This document shows positions 42,169-56,769 of a DNA stretch of 64,000 nt, in pieces. The position numbers and the translations under genes were made by a program. The notes under the pieces are model-generated. The model was not told the origin of the DNA. It saw only the letters and a program-made list of their open reading frames with translations, and ran no database searches. Position 1 is the first letter of the stretch, and each line of letters begins with the position of its first letter. This DNA comes from Octopus vulgaris (Eukaryota). Location: positions 1,240,001-1,304,000 of the forward strand of contig CATOCA020000001.1 of the NCBI GenBank assembly GCA_951406725.2, written 5' to 3'.

Positions 42169-45100
42169 GGAGGAAGAGGAGAACACCGGTGACGTTTAAC
42201 GAGGAGAACACCGGTGACGTTTAACATGTGAGAACGATAAAACAGGGCTCCGAAATCTATCCACAAACATCGAAAACAAAGACATCGTATGGAGCCAAAA
42301 ATTAACTGACCAAGATTGGACTATATCCGAGTAAGTAATACTCATTGAAATTTATTACTATTTTCCAAACGAAATTACGTATTTCAACTCGATATCATCT
42401 CCACCTCTAACACAACACATGTAAACATGCTCGATACATTACGATCGATCAACACCAGATCATCTCCGGCACCAAACACCATGTAGAAAAAACTACGAAG
42501 AAATTAAATAATACCGATATTATTCAACCCAAGAATAACAATCGGGAAGTACGTACTTTAAACTTACAACATAAAATGTACGAAAGACTACACGTGCAAA
42601 ACAATGTGACGACAGACATGAACTGACAAAAATGACGACCGTCAAAATAATGGGCCGGACGTTGTTCCTTATGTCCCGCAAATAAAACCCAAAAGACATA
42701 AATGGACATTTGAGGAATACATTTCTATCCTACACGCTCCGTTTACAGCAGTACTCTACCCAGAGAATGAAAACACAACAACACATACATATAAAATATG
42801 GAAGAAAAATAACATAAATATAGACTTGGATACAGCAATGAACCCTAATAAACTAGCTAACGTACAAAGATATATTCTCAACGCAAAATAAAATATAAGA
42901 AATAGAAATAGAACATTTAAAAGAAAAAATACATCAGTAAAATGTAGATAGAAGCCACACAACAATGCCCAATAATATAAACACTGAAACAGTAAAACAC
43001 GAAGACAAACGTAACATTTCCAACAAAAACGATGTAAACAAAAAAAACAACAAACCCAGACCGTAAGGATGCATAATAATACACGACAAACAGCAAGCCA
43101 AAACACAAAAAACAAACATACGAACGTGAAAAAAAGCGACACAAATGTAAAACCTGGAAACAACGAAGGGGACCCTAATGATTATGATACTATAAAAAGT
43201 AGAATAATCAAAGAACTGAAAACACAGATCTCAAGATGGACCACCGACCATACCTCCCAAAAATCAAAATAGACAAAACAACAACATCAATTATAAACAG
43301 CATAAACCTAGCCATCACAGAACTAATAGCCACTGAAACAAGTAGCGATATCACTGAGCTAAATGACTTAGTATATGCAGCAGCCACTGCAGCCACAAAA
43401 GAAGCTGGATACTCCCTCAAACCCATCCAAACAGGAGTACCACCACCCAAACAAACCCTGTGGATAAATAACATCCAAAAGAAAATACAAAAAATGAGAA
43501 AAGATCTGTCGATTCTTAACGAAATCAGCAAACAATCAACGCTACTAAGCAACAAAAAGAAAACAAAAATACTGTTCAAATACAACATCATAGAAAAAGA
43601 TTTACCTGAGATAAAAGAAAAACTAAAGCAAGATATCCTTGCCAAAGCACAAAGGATCCGCCGGTATGAGAAACGCCAACGTTTCTTTGAACAAAACAAA
43701 GAGTTCAACTCCAACCCCAAAAGTTCTACCAAGAACTTGGCGAAATTAAAATAGACATCACTGCAGCACCAACGGCAGAAGAAGTGGAATAATTCTGGAA
43801 AGGAATATGGTCGGCGAATGAACAACAAAAAAAAAAAGGAATATTAAAACAACAAACATAGCATCTGAGCAACTTTGGACCCCCATAAAAACTGAAGAGG
43901 TCACCCAGGCACTGCAAAGACTAAGCAACTGGAAGGCACCTGGGCATGACAAGATCCCCAACTTCTGGTTGAAATATCTACCAGGTATACGAAAAACGCT
44001 GGCTGAAAGCTTTAACAACATACTGGCAGAACCAGAGACAATGCCTGAATGGCTCACGAAGGGGAAAACCATCTTAATTCCCAAATCCAATGAGACAGCA
44101 AAACCAGAAACTGCAGACCTATAACCTGTCTCCCTACAATTTACAAAGCATTTACTGCAATAATATCACAAAGATTAAACAAGCACCTGGACAAAAACCA
44201 CCAGTTCCAGAAGAGCAGAAAGGATGCCGCAAAGGCTCATATGGCTGTAAAGATCAACTAATGATCAATAAAGACATAACTGAAGACAGTCACAGAAAGA
44301 AGAAAGGCCTCAGTATGGCATGGATCGACTACAGAAAGGCGTTTGATAGCATCCCCCACACATGGATCCTCGAAACACTAGCCATTAACAAAGTAGCACC
44401 AACAATTATAAAATTCATAGAACACTCTATGAATAAATGGCAAACAGTGCTACAGCTCCAAACAAAAGAGGGATTCATGAAAACCAAAGCCATCCCCATT
44501 AGGATAGGAATATTCCAGGGAAACACGCTCACTCCACTCCTTTTCTGCTTAGCACTGTCACCTCTATCTGATATGCTAAAAAGAACTGGATGCAGATATA
44601 AATGTTACAGCAAAACGATCAGCCACCTTTTATATATGGATGAGCTAAAACTATACGCTGCAAATGACAAACAGCTGGAAACACTATTAAAGACAGTTCA
44701 TGGATTTACCAAAGAAATAGATCTGAAATTTGAATTAGAAAAATGCACCAAAGTAACCCTGAAAAGAGGAAAACTAGTTAAGAGTAGCAACATCACACTA
44801 GATAAAACCAATGAAATGAAAGAATTAGACCAAAGCCAAACTTACAAATACTTAGGAATCCATGAACTAGATAAGACACAACACACACAAATGAAAGAGA
44901 AAATAAAAAAAGAATATTATAGACGAGTTAGATCAATACTAAAAACAGAGCTCAATGCTAAAAACAAGATAATAGGCGTTAACACTTTAGCCGTTCCAGT
45001 TGTAAGTTACAGCTACAGCATCCTTAACTGGACACTAAATGAACTGACCAAAATAGATAGGAAAACAAGAAAAATAATGACAGGATCTAGGATGCATCAC

Positions 45101-46240
45101 CCAAAATCTGACATAGAAAGACTATATATACAACGTATAAAAGGTGGTAGAGGCCTTATACAACTGGAAAACTACTATAAAATAACCACCATAGGACTGC
45201 AAAAATATCTACTTCAGAAGGAAGGAAAACTGATACAAATAGCGGCAAACACGAGCAAAACAAAAAACAGTTCTCAGTATCTAAGGAAGCTGACAAATAC
45301 AAACAAGAAATCATACCACCTAATAAATATGAAGAAGAAGAAGAAGAAGAAGAAGAAGAAGAAGAAGAAGAAGAAGAAGAAGAAGAAGAAGAAGAAGAAG
45401 AAGAAGAAGAAGAAGAAACAATAAAAAGCTATAAAACAAATGAAATCCAAATTAAAAATAGAACAGCAACGAACCATGATAAAACGATGGCAAGAAAAGC
45501 CCCTTCATGGTAAATACTGCACTAAACTAAACGCAAAAGAAATAGACAAAGAAAAATCCCAGCAATGGTTGAGAAATATTACAAGTAACTGCAGAATATG
45601 TGGAGATGGACAAGAAACAATAAATCATATTATCTCTGGCTGTCCAGTCCTGGCTAAGAAGGAATATATTCACAGACACGACAGAGTTGGGACCTACATA
45701 CACTGGAAGCTATGCCAACATTATGGAATAACAACAGAAAAAGATGGCATAAGCACACACCAGAAAAGGGCACAGAAAACGAGAAAGCAACCATAATCTG
45801 GGATATGCCGATAAACACAGATGGAGAAATTAAGGCCAACAGACCAGATATAGTTGTCAGAGATCATGAGGGAAAAATGCTTTCTAATTGATGTATCAAT
45901 ACCAGCAGATGACAACGTGTATCTAAAAGAAATGGAGAAACTTCCAAAATAGAAATAGAGGTAACCAGAATGTGGAATCTAAAAACAGAAACAATTCCTA
46001 TCATAGTAGGTGCATTAGGCATGATAAAAAATATTCAGACAAATACATAACAAAAACACCAGGACTTACAAACACATATAACATACAGAAAATTGCACTA
46101 CTAGGCACTGCAAACATCCTACGCAGAACACTTTCCATACAATAACCATCAGAGCATCACAACAAATCACAGCACATACCCAAGGCACACAGAGCTGCGC
46201 TCGGTGGGGAAGTGAAAGCACGATATAATAATAAAACTAC
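42169..46240 (+). mobile_element. Near full-length R4/Dong-like non-LTR retrotransposon (RT + restriction-like endonuclease), pseudogenised
   Basis: N-terminal RHKWTFEEY. RT motifs WKAPGHD, EEQKGC, IDYRKAFDS, GIFQG, HLLYMDEL and YKYLG. CCHC CRICG...HIISGC, RHD and RPDIVV..IDVSIP (PD-(D/E)xK). Flanked by (TAA)n on both sides. Confidence 0.92.
45331..45417 (+). repeat. (GAA)n expansion inside the R4/Dong-like ORF
   Basis: Perfect GAA run between the RT and CCHC regions. Confidence 0.97.
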
Positions 46241-46319
<79 letters not shown>

Positions 46320-46324
46320 TAATA

Positions 46325-46390
<66 letters not shown>

Positions 46391-46409
46391 TGAAGAAGAA
46401 GACGAAGTA

Positions 46410-46445
<36 letters not shown>

Positions 46446-46455
46446 AACAATAACA
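46241..46455 (+). repeat. (TAA)n followed by (CAA)n microsatellites
   Basis: Direct inspection. Confidence 0.97.
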
Positions 46456-47664
46456 ACGAAGAAGTCGGTGATGAATAAAAAGTAATATAAGTAGCAAGAA
46501 AACAGAAAAGATGGACAAGCAAAACAATAACAAGAAAATTTGGGAATGAGGATAGAAATGATAATAAAAATATATCAACATAAGTAAAATTATCAGACAT
46601 ACACACAGACACAAACGTACGAGGGACACACCAAACGTTGTTTTATGTTGTGGACGACTAGCTACATTAACATCCTTCCTAAAGAAATTGAAACGGAATA
46701 TGCAGCCATCACACTGGACAGTTTGACCAAATTGCCCCAGCTGTAGCTCACTGTACAAATAGAAAATGACGACTACCAACTTCAGCACGTCATGTAATTG
46801 TAGAGTTTAAAATAACTCATTATTGAATCAGTATCTCAAAAGAGTGAGGATGAATATATTTCTATACTTTCTTTTCTTGAAGTGAGTATAACTCTGCATA
46901 AATATATATTTCATAATATACCCACCTATAGACACAAATGCAAACATAGATATTCACGTGCAATCATACACTCATACACAAAATGTTAGACATTTATGCA
47001 GACACATAGAGACACAAACAACTCATAGACACCTTCATACACACTCTAACATGAAAATAGTAGCAGAACATTAGTTAGAGATAGAGAGAGAAAAAGGAAG
47101 ATGAGAAGACATTAAGTTCTGAGAAAAATTTCGCAAATAAAATATCAAAAAACTTAAGCAACTTACATTTCAACTAAACTTTGAAGGTTTTGAAAGGATC
47201 CTTGTTGGATGGTTGTGATCTTATTCCCATCTGAGATATCTGAAACATAAGACACAGTCCAAAAGAAAGAGTATTAAAAAGATTTCTTATAAAATATTAA
47301 ATCTTGTATCTTTAGAATGATATTAATAAAAAGAGGACGATGATGAAGAAAATGGCCGAGATGATGTTTGATGATGATGAGGAGGATTGCGATGTTGATT
47401 GTAAATGTTGTAATAATGACGGTGAGAAGGAAAAATGATGATGATTATTATCGAAAACGATGACAAACGCTACCGATTAATTGGTGATGACGACGTTGAT
47501 TATTATGATGTTCATAACGAAGGTGATGATGATTCTGCATGCTAGAAATAGCAGAGTAAATGGGGGAAGGAAATAGTTATGATGACATGATAAATTATAA
47601 CGATTAGTGAATACGAAAATATGATTAGCAGAAGGACTATGAATATGATAGCGCTGAAGATGAT

Positions 47665-47666
47665 AC

Positions 47667-47699
<33 letters not shown>

Positions 47700-47718
47700 C
47701 GATGACGACGATGATGAC

Positions 47719-47759
<41 letters not shown>

Positions 47760-48000
47760 CGACGACGACGATGACGACGACGACGATGATGATGATGATG
47801 ATGATGATGATGATAATGATGATGATGACGATGATGATGATGATGATGATGATGAAGAAGATGACGATGATGATGATGAAGATGATGATGATGATGATGA
47901 CGATGATGACGATGATGACGATGATGACGATGATGGTGCTGCTGATGATGATGATGACGATGATGACGATGATGACCATAATGATGCGAAAGATGTGATG
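47665..48000 (+). repeat. (GAT/GAC)n microsatellite
   Basis: Direct inspection; source of the poly-M and poly-I ORFs. Confidence 0.97.
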
Positions 48001-48320
48001 AAAAGAAGAATTAGAAATTGATATGAATAACGAAGGTGAAGGAAAATAAATCATAGAACGGATAAATATAGAAAAGTAGAAGAAGAAGAAGCGAAAATGA
48101 TTGACGAAGAGAGGAGAAAGCAGTTGAAAAAATTAAAAGCAGAAGAACCAGAAAATGATGAACAAGATGAATGTAGAGAAAAATTGTGAAGAAGACGATA
48201 AATGCAGGAAAAGAAGATATATTAAGACAAGAAAAATAACGTGGAATATCAGAATGGGGAAACAAGTGGGAATAAAGGAATATAAATACAAATACTGTAG
48301 TCACACATCAAACAAACACA

Positions 48321-48367
<47 letters not shown>

Positions 48368-48428
48368 GCACGTTTATGTATTTGTTTTGCAAGAATTTTG
48401 ATGTGAAATCGTGTGTTGAAACAGATAT

Positions 48429-48913
48429 TTGTTGTATTTAGGAATGGTCATTTTGTCAGTTTAGCCAATAAAAAACACACGCACTATATATTTGGTGTTA
48501 CTTTGCTTCAGCGTTATTCATTTTTTACATTAATCATAATCTTCTTTCGGCCAGAGTTCTTTCGTCACACTCCAGTGACCTCATCAGTGATCCTTTGCTT
48601 TCTTCTTTCTTATTTGTGTCTCTCTCCTTACCAAAGGTCAGCCATTTTGTATTTTGTATTTTTATTGTATGTGTCTTCATTTGCGCATATGGATATACAT
48701 CTATATGTGTCTATGTTTAGTTAAAGTGTGTGTGTGGGGGAAGAGCCTGTAATATTTGTATCTCCTGTTTATATAGGTTCGAAAGAACTCTGGCCGAAAT
48801 AAGATTAAATTTAATGTAAAAAATAAATAACGATGAAGCAAAGTAACACCAAATATATAGTGCGTGTGTTTTTATTGGCTAAAATGGCAAAATGACCATT
48901 CCTAAATACAACA
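48429..48913. repeat. Inverted repeat (~135-bp arms, ~215-bp spacer) between (TA)n tracts, with a minus-strand hammerhead-like motif at 48551-48590
   Basis: 48429-48564 is inverted at 48780-48913. Minus strand reads CTGATGA-GGTCAC-TGGAGT-GTGAC-GAAA-GAAC-TC. Confidence 0.85.
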
Positions 48914-49248
48914 ACAATATATATATATATGTGTGTGTATGTGTTTGTACATACACACATCCACCTATATATACCTTATCAAACCCTGATGTATAAACGC
49001 ACACACTCACTTCCAGCCCTCACATATATTCCCACTTTCTTACACACAGGCAAACACAAATTGCAAGACAATATGAATTGTAGAAGGATGAGGGTAAATA
49101 AAGAAGATAAGAGAGACATTTAGTTTGTGGAAATGACATTGGATGACATATCGAGATCTTATTATGAAGAAGATGACTAACATAAGAGAAAGTTGATGAT
49201 GAAGAATAGGCCGAAGAAGAAAACAACGATGAAGCAGCAGCAACAACA

Positions 49249-49257
49249 GTAGTAGTG

Positions 49258-49306
<49 letters not shown>

Positions 49307-49317
49307 AAGAAGAAGAA

Positions 49318-49349
<32 letters not shown>

Positions 49350-49376
49350 AGAAAAAGAAGAAGAAGAAGAAGAAGA
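49249..49376 (+). repeat. Compound (TAG)n-(GAA)n microsatellite
   Basis: Direct inspection. Confidence 0.95.
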
Positions 49377-50196
49377 TGATGATGTTGATTATGATGATAA
49401 AGATGATGAGCAACAACAACAGTAACAACGTTAAAACAACAATAAGAGAAGTGGCAGAAAATGTAGGAGCTGAAGAAAAGAATGATGTAAAAAATAAGGA
49501 GGAAACGAAGGAGTCTGTCATGAAGACAACTTAAATATAATATTTCTGATCTTATAATAATTCTGTTTGTCATTATGTTAATTAGTCCGTCGGTAACGCT
49601 TTCTCGTGATTAGAGAAAAAGAGGGAGAACGAAAAAGAGCGAAAGAGAAATGTCCATGACCTGAGTTTGAAGGAAGTGACTGTAATGCTTTCACGTCATT
49701 AGTTGAATGGAATGAGAGACAAAGAGAAAGAAAAAGGAATGAGAAAACGAAAGTAAGACGAAGAGTGGGGCAGAAAGAGAGGGAGAGGGAGAAAAGGGGA
49801 GAGAGAAAAAACCGAGGGAGAAAAAGAGGGGGAGGACATTGTGGTAGGGGGAACGTAATATTTATTACGTGACGAAAAAGTTAGTTGAAGGTCGTGATAT
49901 TGAGGAGGGTTACGAATATAATTTTAGCAGAGCGGTGATGTTCTGATGGTGAGATTAAAATAAGAGATAGGTAGGCAGATAGGTAGATAAACTGAGAAAA
50001 TGGGAGAAAGGGGGAGTGAGAGTTGGTGGTATTGGTGGTAGTGGTTGTGGTGGAAATGGTGATGATGAGTGCATAATGTAAAGTAACTTTTGAATTGAAC
50101 TAAGTATTTTTATCCCCTATCACTTAACACATGCTCATAATATTCACACTTATTTACAGTGTCATATGTACGACACATATATATATATCATATATA

Positions 50197-50270
<74 letters not shown>

Positions 50271-50489
50271 CAATTAAGAAATATAAACATTATAATTAAA
50301 ATATATATATTTCAATTAAAATAAAGGTGGACACAGTAAATTCAATCTCTACAAGATCCCGATTAATGTTGTTACTGCTTCTCATACATGACGCCGTTGG
50401 TTGAGCTTCCGCTATGGGGGAGATAGAAATTCGCAATTTAAGGTTATTTGATCCTTTTTCCAAAGCTGTGCTTATGAAATATTCAAATT

Positions 50490-53400
50490 ACAAAACTTGA
50501 CTGAAGAATGGAAAGTTAAAGAAGATTAAAAGCTACTAGCGAGAGGGTTAGGCACTACAGGCAGCGAATAAGAGAAGAACAGCGGTAAGAAACCAGAGAA
50601 AGGGACAAATGGTACCAACAGATGAGACGATCTGCAATGGATGAAGAAGAACGCAAGGCACACATGTTGTGAGAGAGAATGCGAGACCAAGGTAGAAGAC
50701 AGGATGAGGAAGAACAAACACAGTACAAGGAACAACAAAGATTGATATTTCTGCGGAGAATGGAAAACATGAATGATATGCAGTATCCGCAGTATCAGGA
50801 CCAACAGAAAAGCGTAATGTAACAGAGAAGGGAGAATATGGATGATTTGGAAAGGGCTGCTTGTCTCCAACGTCAAACAGAGAGACATCAAGATGGAGTT
50901 GCAAGTATGAATGCTGAACAGGCGTTGCGTTTGCGAGATGAACAGGTGCAACGAAAGCGTGAAGGAAGACATGGACTACCACTGAACAGACACAATAATC
51001 CTAAACGAACCTATCGTATTGGTGATATGTACTTATATTGCGAGTATTGTGGAGCACTGAACTTTAAATATGAAAACTTCATGTTCTGTCACAATAATAA
51101 AGTGAATTTTCCTCCACTGCAACTAAACCTCAGACATTGAAGCGTTTGTCTGAGAAAATTACCAAGAGTCTGCTTCATTTCGAAAACAACATCAGCAATT
51201 ACAACTGCATATCTTCCTTTACGTCATTTGGTGTGAAACTCTCTGTGCCGCAACAAAGAGGTCTACATTGTTTCTGTATTGTTGTGGAAGGATTCCAACC
51301 ACCTTCCAATTGACTAAAAGGGAACTGACATATTCCTATTAAATAGACAACTGTCGAGTCTTCAGCAATTAATTGGTAAATAGTTCACTGTGAGCCATTG
51401 ACAGAGAGCGTTGGGTAATCGATTCGCGTAGTGTAAACACTTTCTTTCCCCCTGATTCCTTAAATCATACGTTCCAAACCAGGGTATAAAAGTGGCGACG
51501 ATTTCTTCGAGGTTTGCGTTGGACGTTTAAATTTGTTTGGGATGGGTATGAAACCAAATAATATTCGTTTAAGATAGAAGGCTTAATGGCGTCTGTGGTG
51601 CAGTTGCAACAGCAACAATAGTAACAACAACAAGAGCAACTACAACAGCAACAACAACAAAATCAATGGTTGCTGGAATCAATGTTAAAGTAGTCTAAAA
51701 AATACTTCAGGTGTGAACTTGCCAGACAGCGTAGCAATCTCTATTGAAGTAGTATAATCCAGAGGAAGGGATTACCTTCTCTGAATATTTTCGAAGATAC
51801 GAAGAAATTCTCAAACAAGAATTTAAAAATTGATCTGAGAGGAAAAATAGTACGACTACTTGTAACAAAGGTATCCCTTGCCGAATACAAAACATATAGT
51901 AATTATATTCTGCCGAAGAAGTCAGGTAAGATTTGTTAGAATAAAAACTATAAACATTTTATCAAATGATTTAGAACTGGACGAAAAGTAACTCTTCAGA
52001 CAGAAGCAGAAGAATGTCAGGAAAGACGACGCAGAAAAAGAAATGAAGAAAAGAAACGATGCACAAAACGAAATTGAAGAAAAAGATTGCTCTCATATTC
52101 CAGTGTCTCCACCGTAACGGATAAGAAATAAGAGAAATTAATGTCAAGATCGAATCCATGTTGTGGTTGCGGTGGTCAACATTTTAAAAGTAATTGTCCG
52201 TTTCAAAATATAAAAGGCGTCAAATGTGGCAAGAGAGATCATAAAAAATCACACTGTAGAACAAACCTGGAAGACCAAAAGACGAACAGCCTCAAAGGAA
52301 ATTTGTGGACGTAAAGTTGCAACTAGATAAGGGCAGTGATATCTCGATAATTAACACAGATACATAGAAAAAAACAGAAGACCTAGATTAAAAGACATTT
52401 CGAAAATTGCAGGTGGTATTTCAGGAATATAATTACATTTTAATGGCGTAATGATAAATCACGTTCCATTTCGTGGAAAAACCTTAGAAACCAAAGATTT
52501 TGTGTTGAATAATATCCCAAACTTATTCGGAACACTGAATAGAATTGTTTAACTTATGGGAACTCCCCATAAATCTTTTCAGTAAAAATGTGAATGGTTT
52601 TCTTGCCAATACAAATGAATCGTCGGACGATTTGTAAAAATAGTTTCAAAAGATTTTTCCTGAAGTTCTCTCTGATAAATTAGATCTCAGCATCACAACG
52701 AAAACGAAGTTCCAAGTAAAAGTAAATGCCAAACCGGTATTTAAATATAAATGAACTGTAACTTTTGCATCGTTGGAACAGATAAGCTTTTGCAGCGTTA
52801 GAAACAAATAAACAAAATCAGAGTGTATGACGATTTTTTCCACTGGTTTAAATTAGTCTTAAAACATTCCACAATCCGCTACCTACCCTGGGGGATATAT
52901 TTGCAAAATTAGACGGTGGCAAGGTATTTTCTTAATTGGATATACTCATTAAAAGCGAATCACAAGATCAACATGTAGAGCACGTAATATATATGTTCGA
53001 AAAATTTAGGGATTATATTGAAAAAAAAAGCGTCAATTTTTTTCTTACCGAAAATAAAATTGAACAAACAATTGAAAGAAATGGACGAGGACCAGATCCG
53101 TTGAAGGCAGACGCAATTAAATACATGCCCCCTCCGACAAATATGACGACCTTACATGATTGCTTTGGAGACAAGCAAATTATTACCAAAATTATATTCT
53201 AAATATTCATAGGGTAAGTGTTACAGTAGATTATGTATTTAAAAAATGTCAATTGAAATTGCTCTGAAAATTGTCAAAGGGAATTCGACGAAATTTTAAA
53301 ATATTAACATCTGATTTGTTGTTAGCACGCTTCGATTCTGTAGCGGAGAATGTTGTAACTTTAGATGCCTCTGAATACTGTATCGGCGCAGTAATGCTAC

Positions 53401-56400
53401 ATAAATAAAAAGATGGTAACATGAAGGCGGTGGTTCTTGATATCAGCAGAAAATATTACAGCCAAATCAAAAAAGAGGCTCTTGTAATTATTTTTGCCGT
53501 AAAAAATTGCATAGATTTTACACGGCAGAAGTTTTTGAATACAGACAGATCATCGGCCGTTATTATCAGTATATGAGTAAAAGAAATAAATATCTAGCCG
53601 TACTGCTAATAGGCTGCAACGCTGGGGTACTGTATTATTAAACTATGAATTTAAGATAGAGTATATACCATCTAAAAAATTAGGACACGGTAATTGTTTA
53701 TCAAGACCGAGTTCAGAAAATGCTGAACCATTTGAAGATACCGTGATTGCTACTTTGCGAGCGGAAAATGAAATTAAAAGCAAACTGTATAACTCCATGC
53801 GTGAACTGCTATTTACGTTACAAGACATAAAATTACAATTGGGAAACGATATATTCATTACAAAATGAAAGAAATGCAGAAGGATTAAAGAGATAAAAGA
53901 TATTCGAGCCTATCACAAGGTGTGACAATGTGCTGATGTATGCACAAAGAGTCGTAGTGCCAGCCACACTACAAAAGCAATTACTAAAGGAATTTCATAT
54001 TGAGTCAAAGGGATTTCAATAATGAAATCGTTAATGAGAAGTTAGGTATACTGGCCAACAACGGACTGCAACATTGAAGATATAGTGATCGTATGCAATA
54101 CGCTGTTCTCTAGCTCCAAATACACCCGTCACGAAATGGCACCCGTGGCTAAAATCACTTAAGGTTTCATATCACTTTGTTGTGGGGGAGTGTTTTTCAA
54201 CGTGGTCTGAAGTGCATAAATGTAGAAAGCCGACATCTCTGGTTACAGAGATATTTGATGTTTGTTAGAAAGATCAGATCCATCTTTGATCAGCCGATAC
54301 CGAGTGAAAATATTAAAAAAGGAATAATATTTCAAAATTCTTCAAGTTAGGTGACAAACTTTATTAAAGACCTATAGATATAGTAAACAAGGCTGGGAGG
54401 ATGGTACAATTGTTTTATAAATTGCAAGAATGATATTCCTGGTAAAAGGTAAAACAAATATCGAACATAAAAGACTTATTAACCAACTTAAAACCTGATT
54501 CAAGGAAAAATCAGACAAAAGAAGTGAATTTCTCATGAAAAAGTATTGCACGACACGTTTGAGGTACCAACACAGAAACAATTTGTAATTACACGTTCTA
54601 GCACCAGAAAACGAAACGAATGGAAACACAAGAATTGAGCCCTAAGCATAAGAGATATTAAAACTCTGAGCGACTTTAATTCTCAAGTGGAGAATTTAGG
54701 GGAGACTAATTCTATAAAGGGGAGATGCTGTGGAAAGATTCTGACAACATTCCAAGTGACTAAAAGTGGTCTGACACATTTCCATTACATGGAGAACTGT
54801 CTAGTCGTAAGCAATTGATTGTGAACAATTGATTGGTAAGCATTTCCCTATGATCCGTTGGCAGAGAGCGTCGAGTCTCATGTAATAGTAATCGTATTGC
54901 GTCGTGTAAATAGCTTCGTTAAATTATATATCCAATACCAGGATATAGAACGTATTCAGGGCCAAACTTAGCACAACACTACGAACTGTCAATGGTCGCC
55001 TGCAGTACAGTCAGTTGTATATTATTAATGCATCAAAGAGTGGAAGCAAGTCAGAACTCCCAAAGCTCTTCTCAAAGAATGGGTGTCATGTGCAACAAGT
55101 AAATCCTTATGCTGAGTTATATGGGAACATGCACTTAATTGAACAACAAGAGATTGGAGGTGCCAGGAGTGAAAATGTACAATTACGAAAGTGTGAAATA
55201 GTTTCAAAAGAACGGGTTATATAAGGCGCTACAATTTTTCCCCTTGCAATGAAATAACTGCACCCTGAAAACCCTAATTGACACGAGAGAGAAAATAATC
55301 TGCAGCGAAATAAGACTTTTGAAAACCGATACATCATTGAATTTCTGAAGGATATGGTGGACAGACATGTATTTGGTGTAAGAGTAACTCATGTCCGTGT
55401 TATCGAGTTTCAAAAGAGAGGACTTCCACACTGCCATATGCTCGTAGACAAAGTGAAGATCAGAGATGATATAGACAGAATGGTATCAGCAGAAATTTCT
55501 GATTCAAATGATGACCCTGTCTTGCATGATTTGGTTTAAAAAAATTCATGATACTTAGACCTTGTGGTGTTGATAACCCCTCCTCGAAATACATGGGGAA
55601 TGGCTCTTGCCAAACAAAGTTTCCCAAGAACAACAGAAATGAGACACTACTAAATATTAATGGATATCCAGAATACAGGAGGCACAATAAAGGGATCACA
55701 TCACAAGTTGGATGCCATTCTGTTGACAACTGGTATGTCGTTCCATTCTATGCTTACCTATTAAAGAAATTCCGAGCTCATATTAATGTAGAAGTTTGCT
55801 CCTCTGTAAAAATGTCAAGTATATATGCAAGTATGTCTACAACGATCGTGATAGCGCTTCAGTTGAAGTAAGGAATGATGCAGTTGCAGAAGATGGACAG
55901 ACTCAGCAACCTCATGGTTAAATCAGAAATGATTTTGCGTGTGGATATGTTTCACCTTCTGAAGCCTTATGGAGAATGTCTACGTAGAAGCTGCATGACT
56001 CGTCCCACACTGTCTACAGATTAGCAGTTCACTTTGAAGACCAGCGGAGACTGAGCTTTCACAGAGGTAGCACTTAGCAACCTGCTCAAGAACAGAGAGA
56101 TCGTGACAATACTCTCACTGCATGGTTCAAACTGAATGAGCACGATTAACGGAAGTACTTGTACCCTAACATTCCTAAAGTTATGTGTTTAATGAACGTA
56201 CAAAAACATGAACACTCAGGAGAAGAATCAATACCATCGGCTGCAGAATGAACACAGTGAGTCCTAAGGACGTAAAAAATTTCATTTACGATTGCTATTT
56301 TGGATGTTCCAGGTGCTAAGCGCTTTGAGAAGTGAGCACTGTAGGAGGTGAAATCTATGCAACATTTAAAGATGCGTACATATGAGTTGGTCTCCTCCAA

Positions 56401-56760
56401 AATGATGAGGGTTTGGAGCATGCCATACCTGAAGCTACTGCGAATCGGATGCCATTTCAGTTGCGTATTACGTTTGCTGTCCTCTGCACCTATTCAAATC
56501 CTTTCCAATGTTCTTCGCCTGTGGAATACTGACAAGAATTCTATGATGGAAGATTATGCTCAGTGAGGGCTGAATGCAGACTCTACACTCCATATATTCT
56601 GTGTTAATTGAAAATGGCACTAGCTGGTTTAATATTAGCTTGCTTGTACCAATTGGAATGTAACGGGTTGACCAGAAAGATGACATGAACCACCCACGCA
56701 TTGCAACCCTTACCAACGAGCAGAAAGGGATCGCCGATGCAGTCATTAAAGAGAGTTGGT
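50490..56760 (+). mobile_element. Third Helitron RepHel remnant, interrupted by a Gypsy element
   Basis: R/E-rich N-terminal repeats, CEYCGALNF, VIEFQKRGLPHCHML (HUH), NGYPEYRR, DNWYVVPF and HINVEVC. Boundaries uncertain. Confidence 0.88.
51280..54950 (+). mobile_element. Degenerate Ty3/Gypsy LTR retrotransposon (LTRs 51280-51491 and 54726-54950)
   Basis: Homologous TG-starting LTRs, PBS-like TGGCGACGA at 51493, PPT AAGGGGAGA at 54717-54725, and TSD TGTAT/CGTAT. Remnants of CCHC knuckles, protease LDKGSDISI, RNase H DASEY/YSQIKKEAL/TDHRPL and integrase zinc finger. Confidence 0.92.
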
Positions 56761-56769
56761 AAGAAAAGG

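Noticed and set aside
46167-49573. Poly-L/I/Y/M/F ORFs that look like membrane or low-complexity proteins
   Set aside because: Products of (TAA)n, (GAT)n, (TAG)n and (GAA)n repeats.
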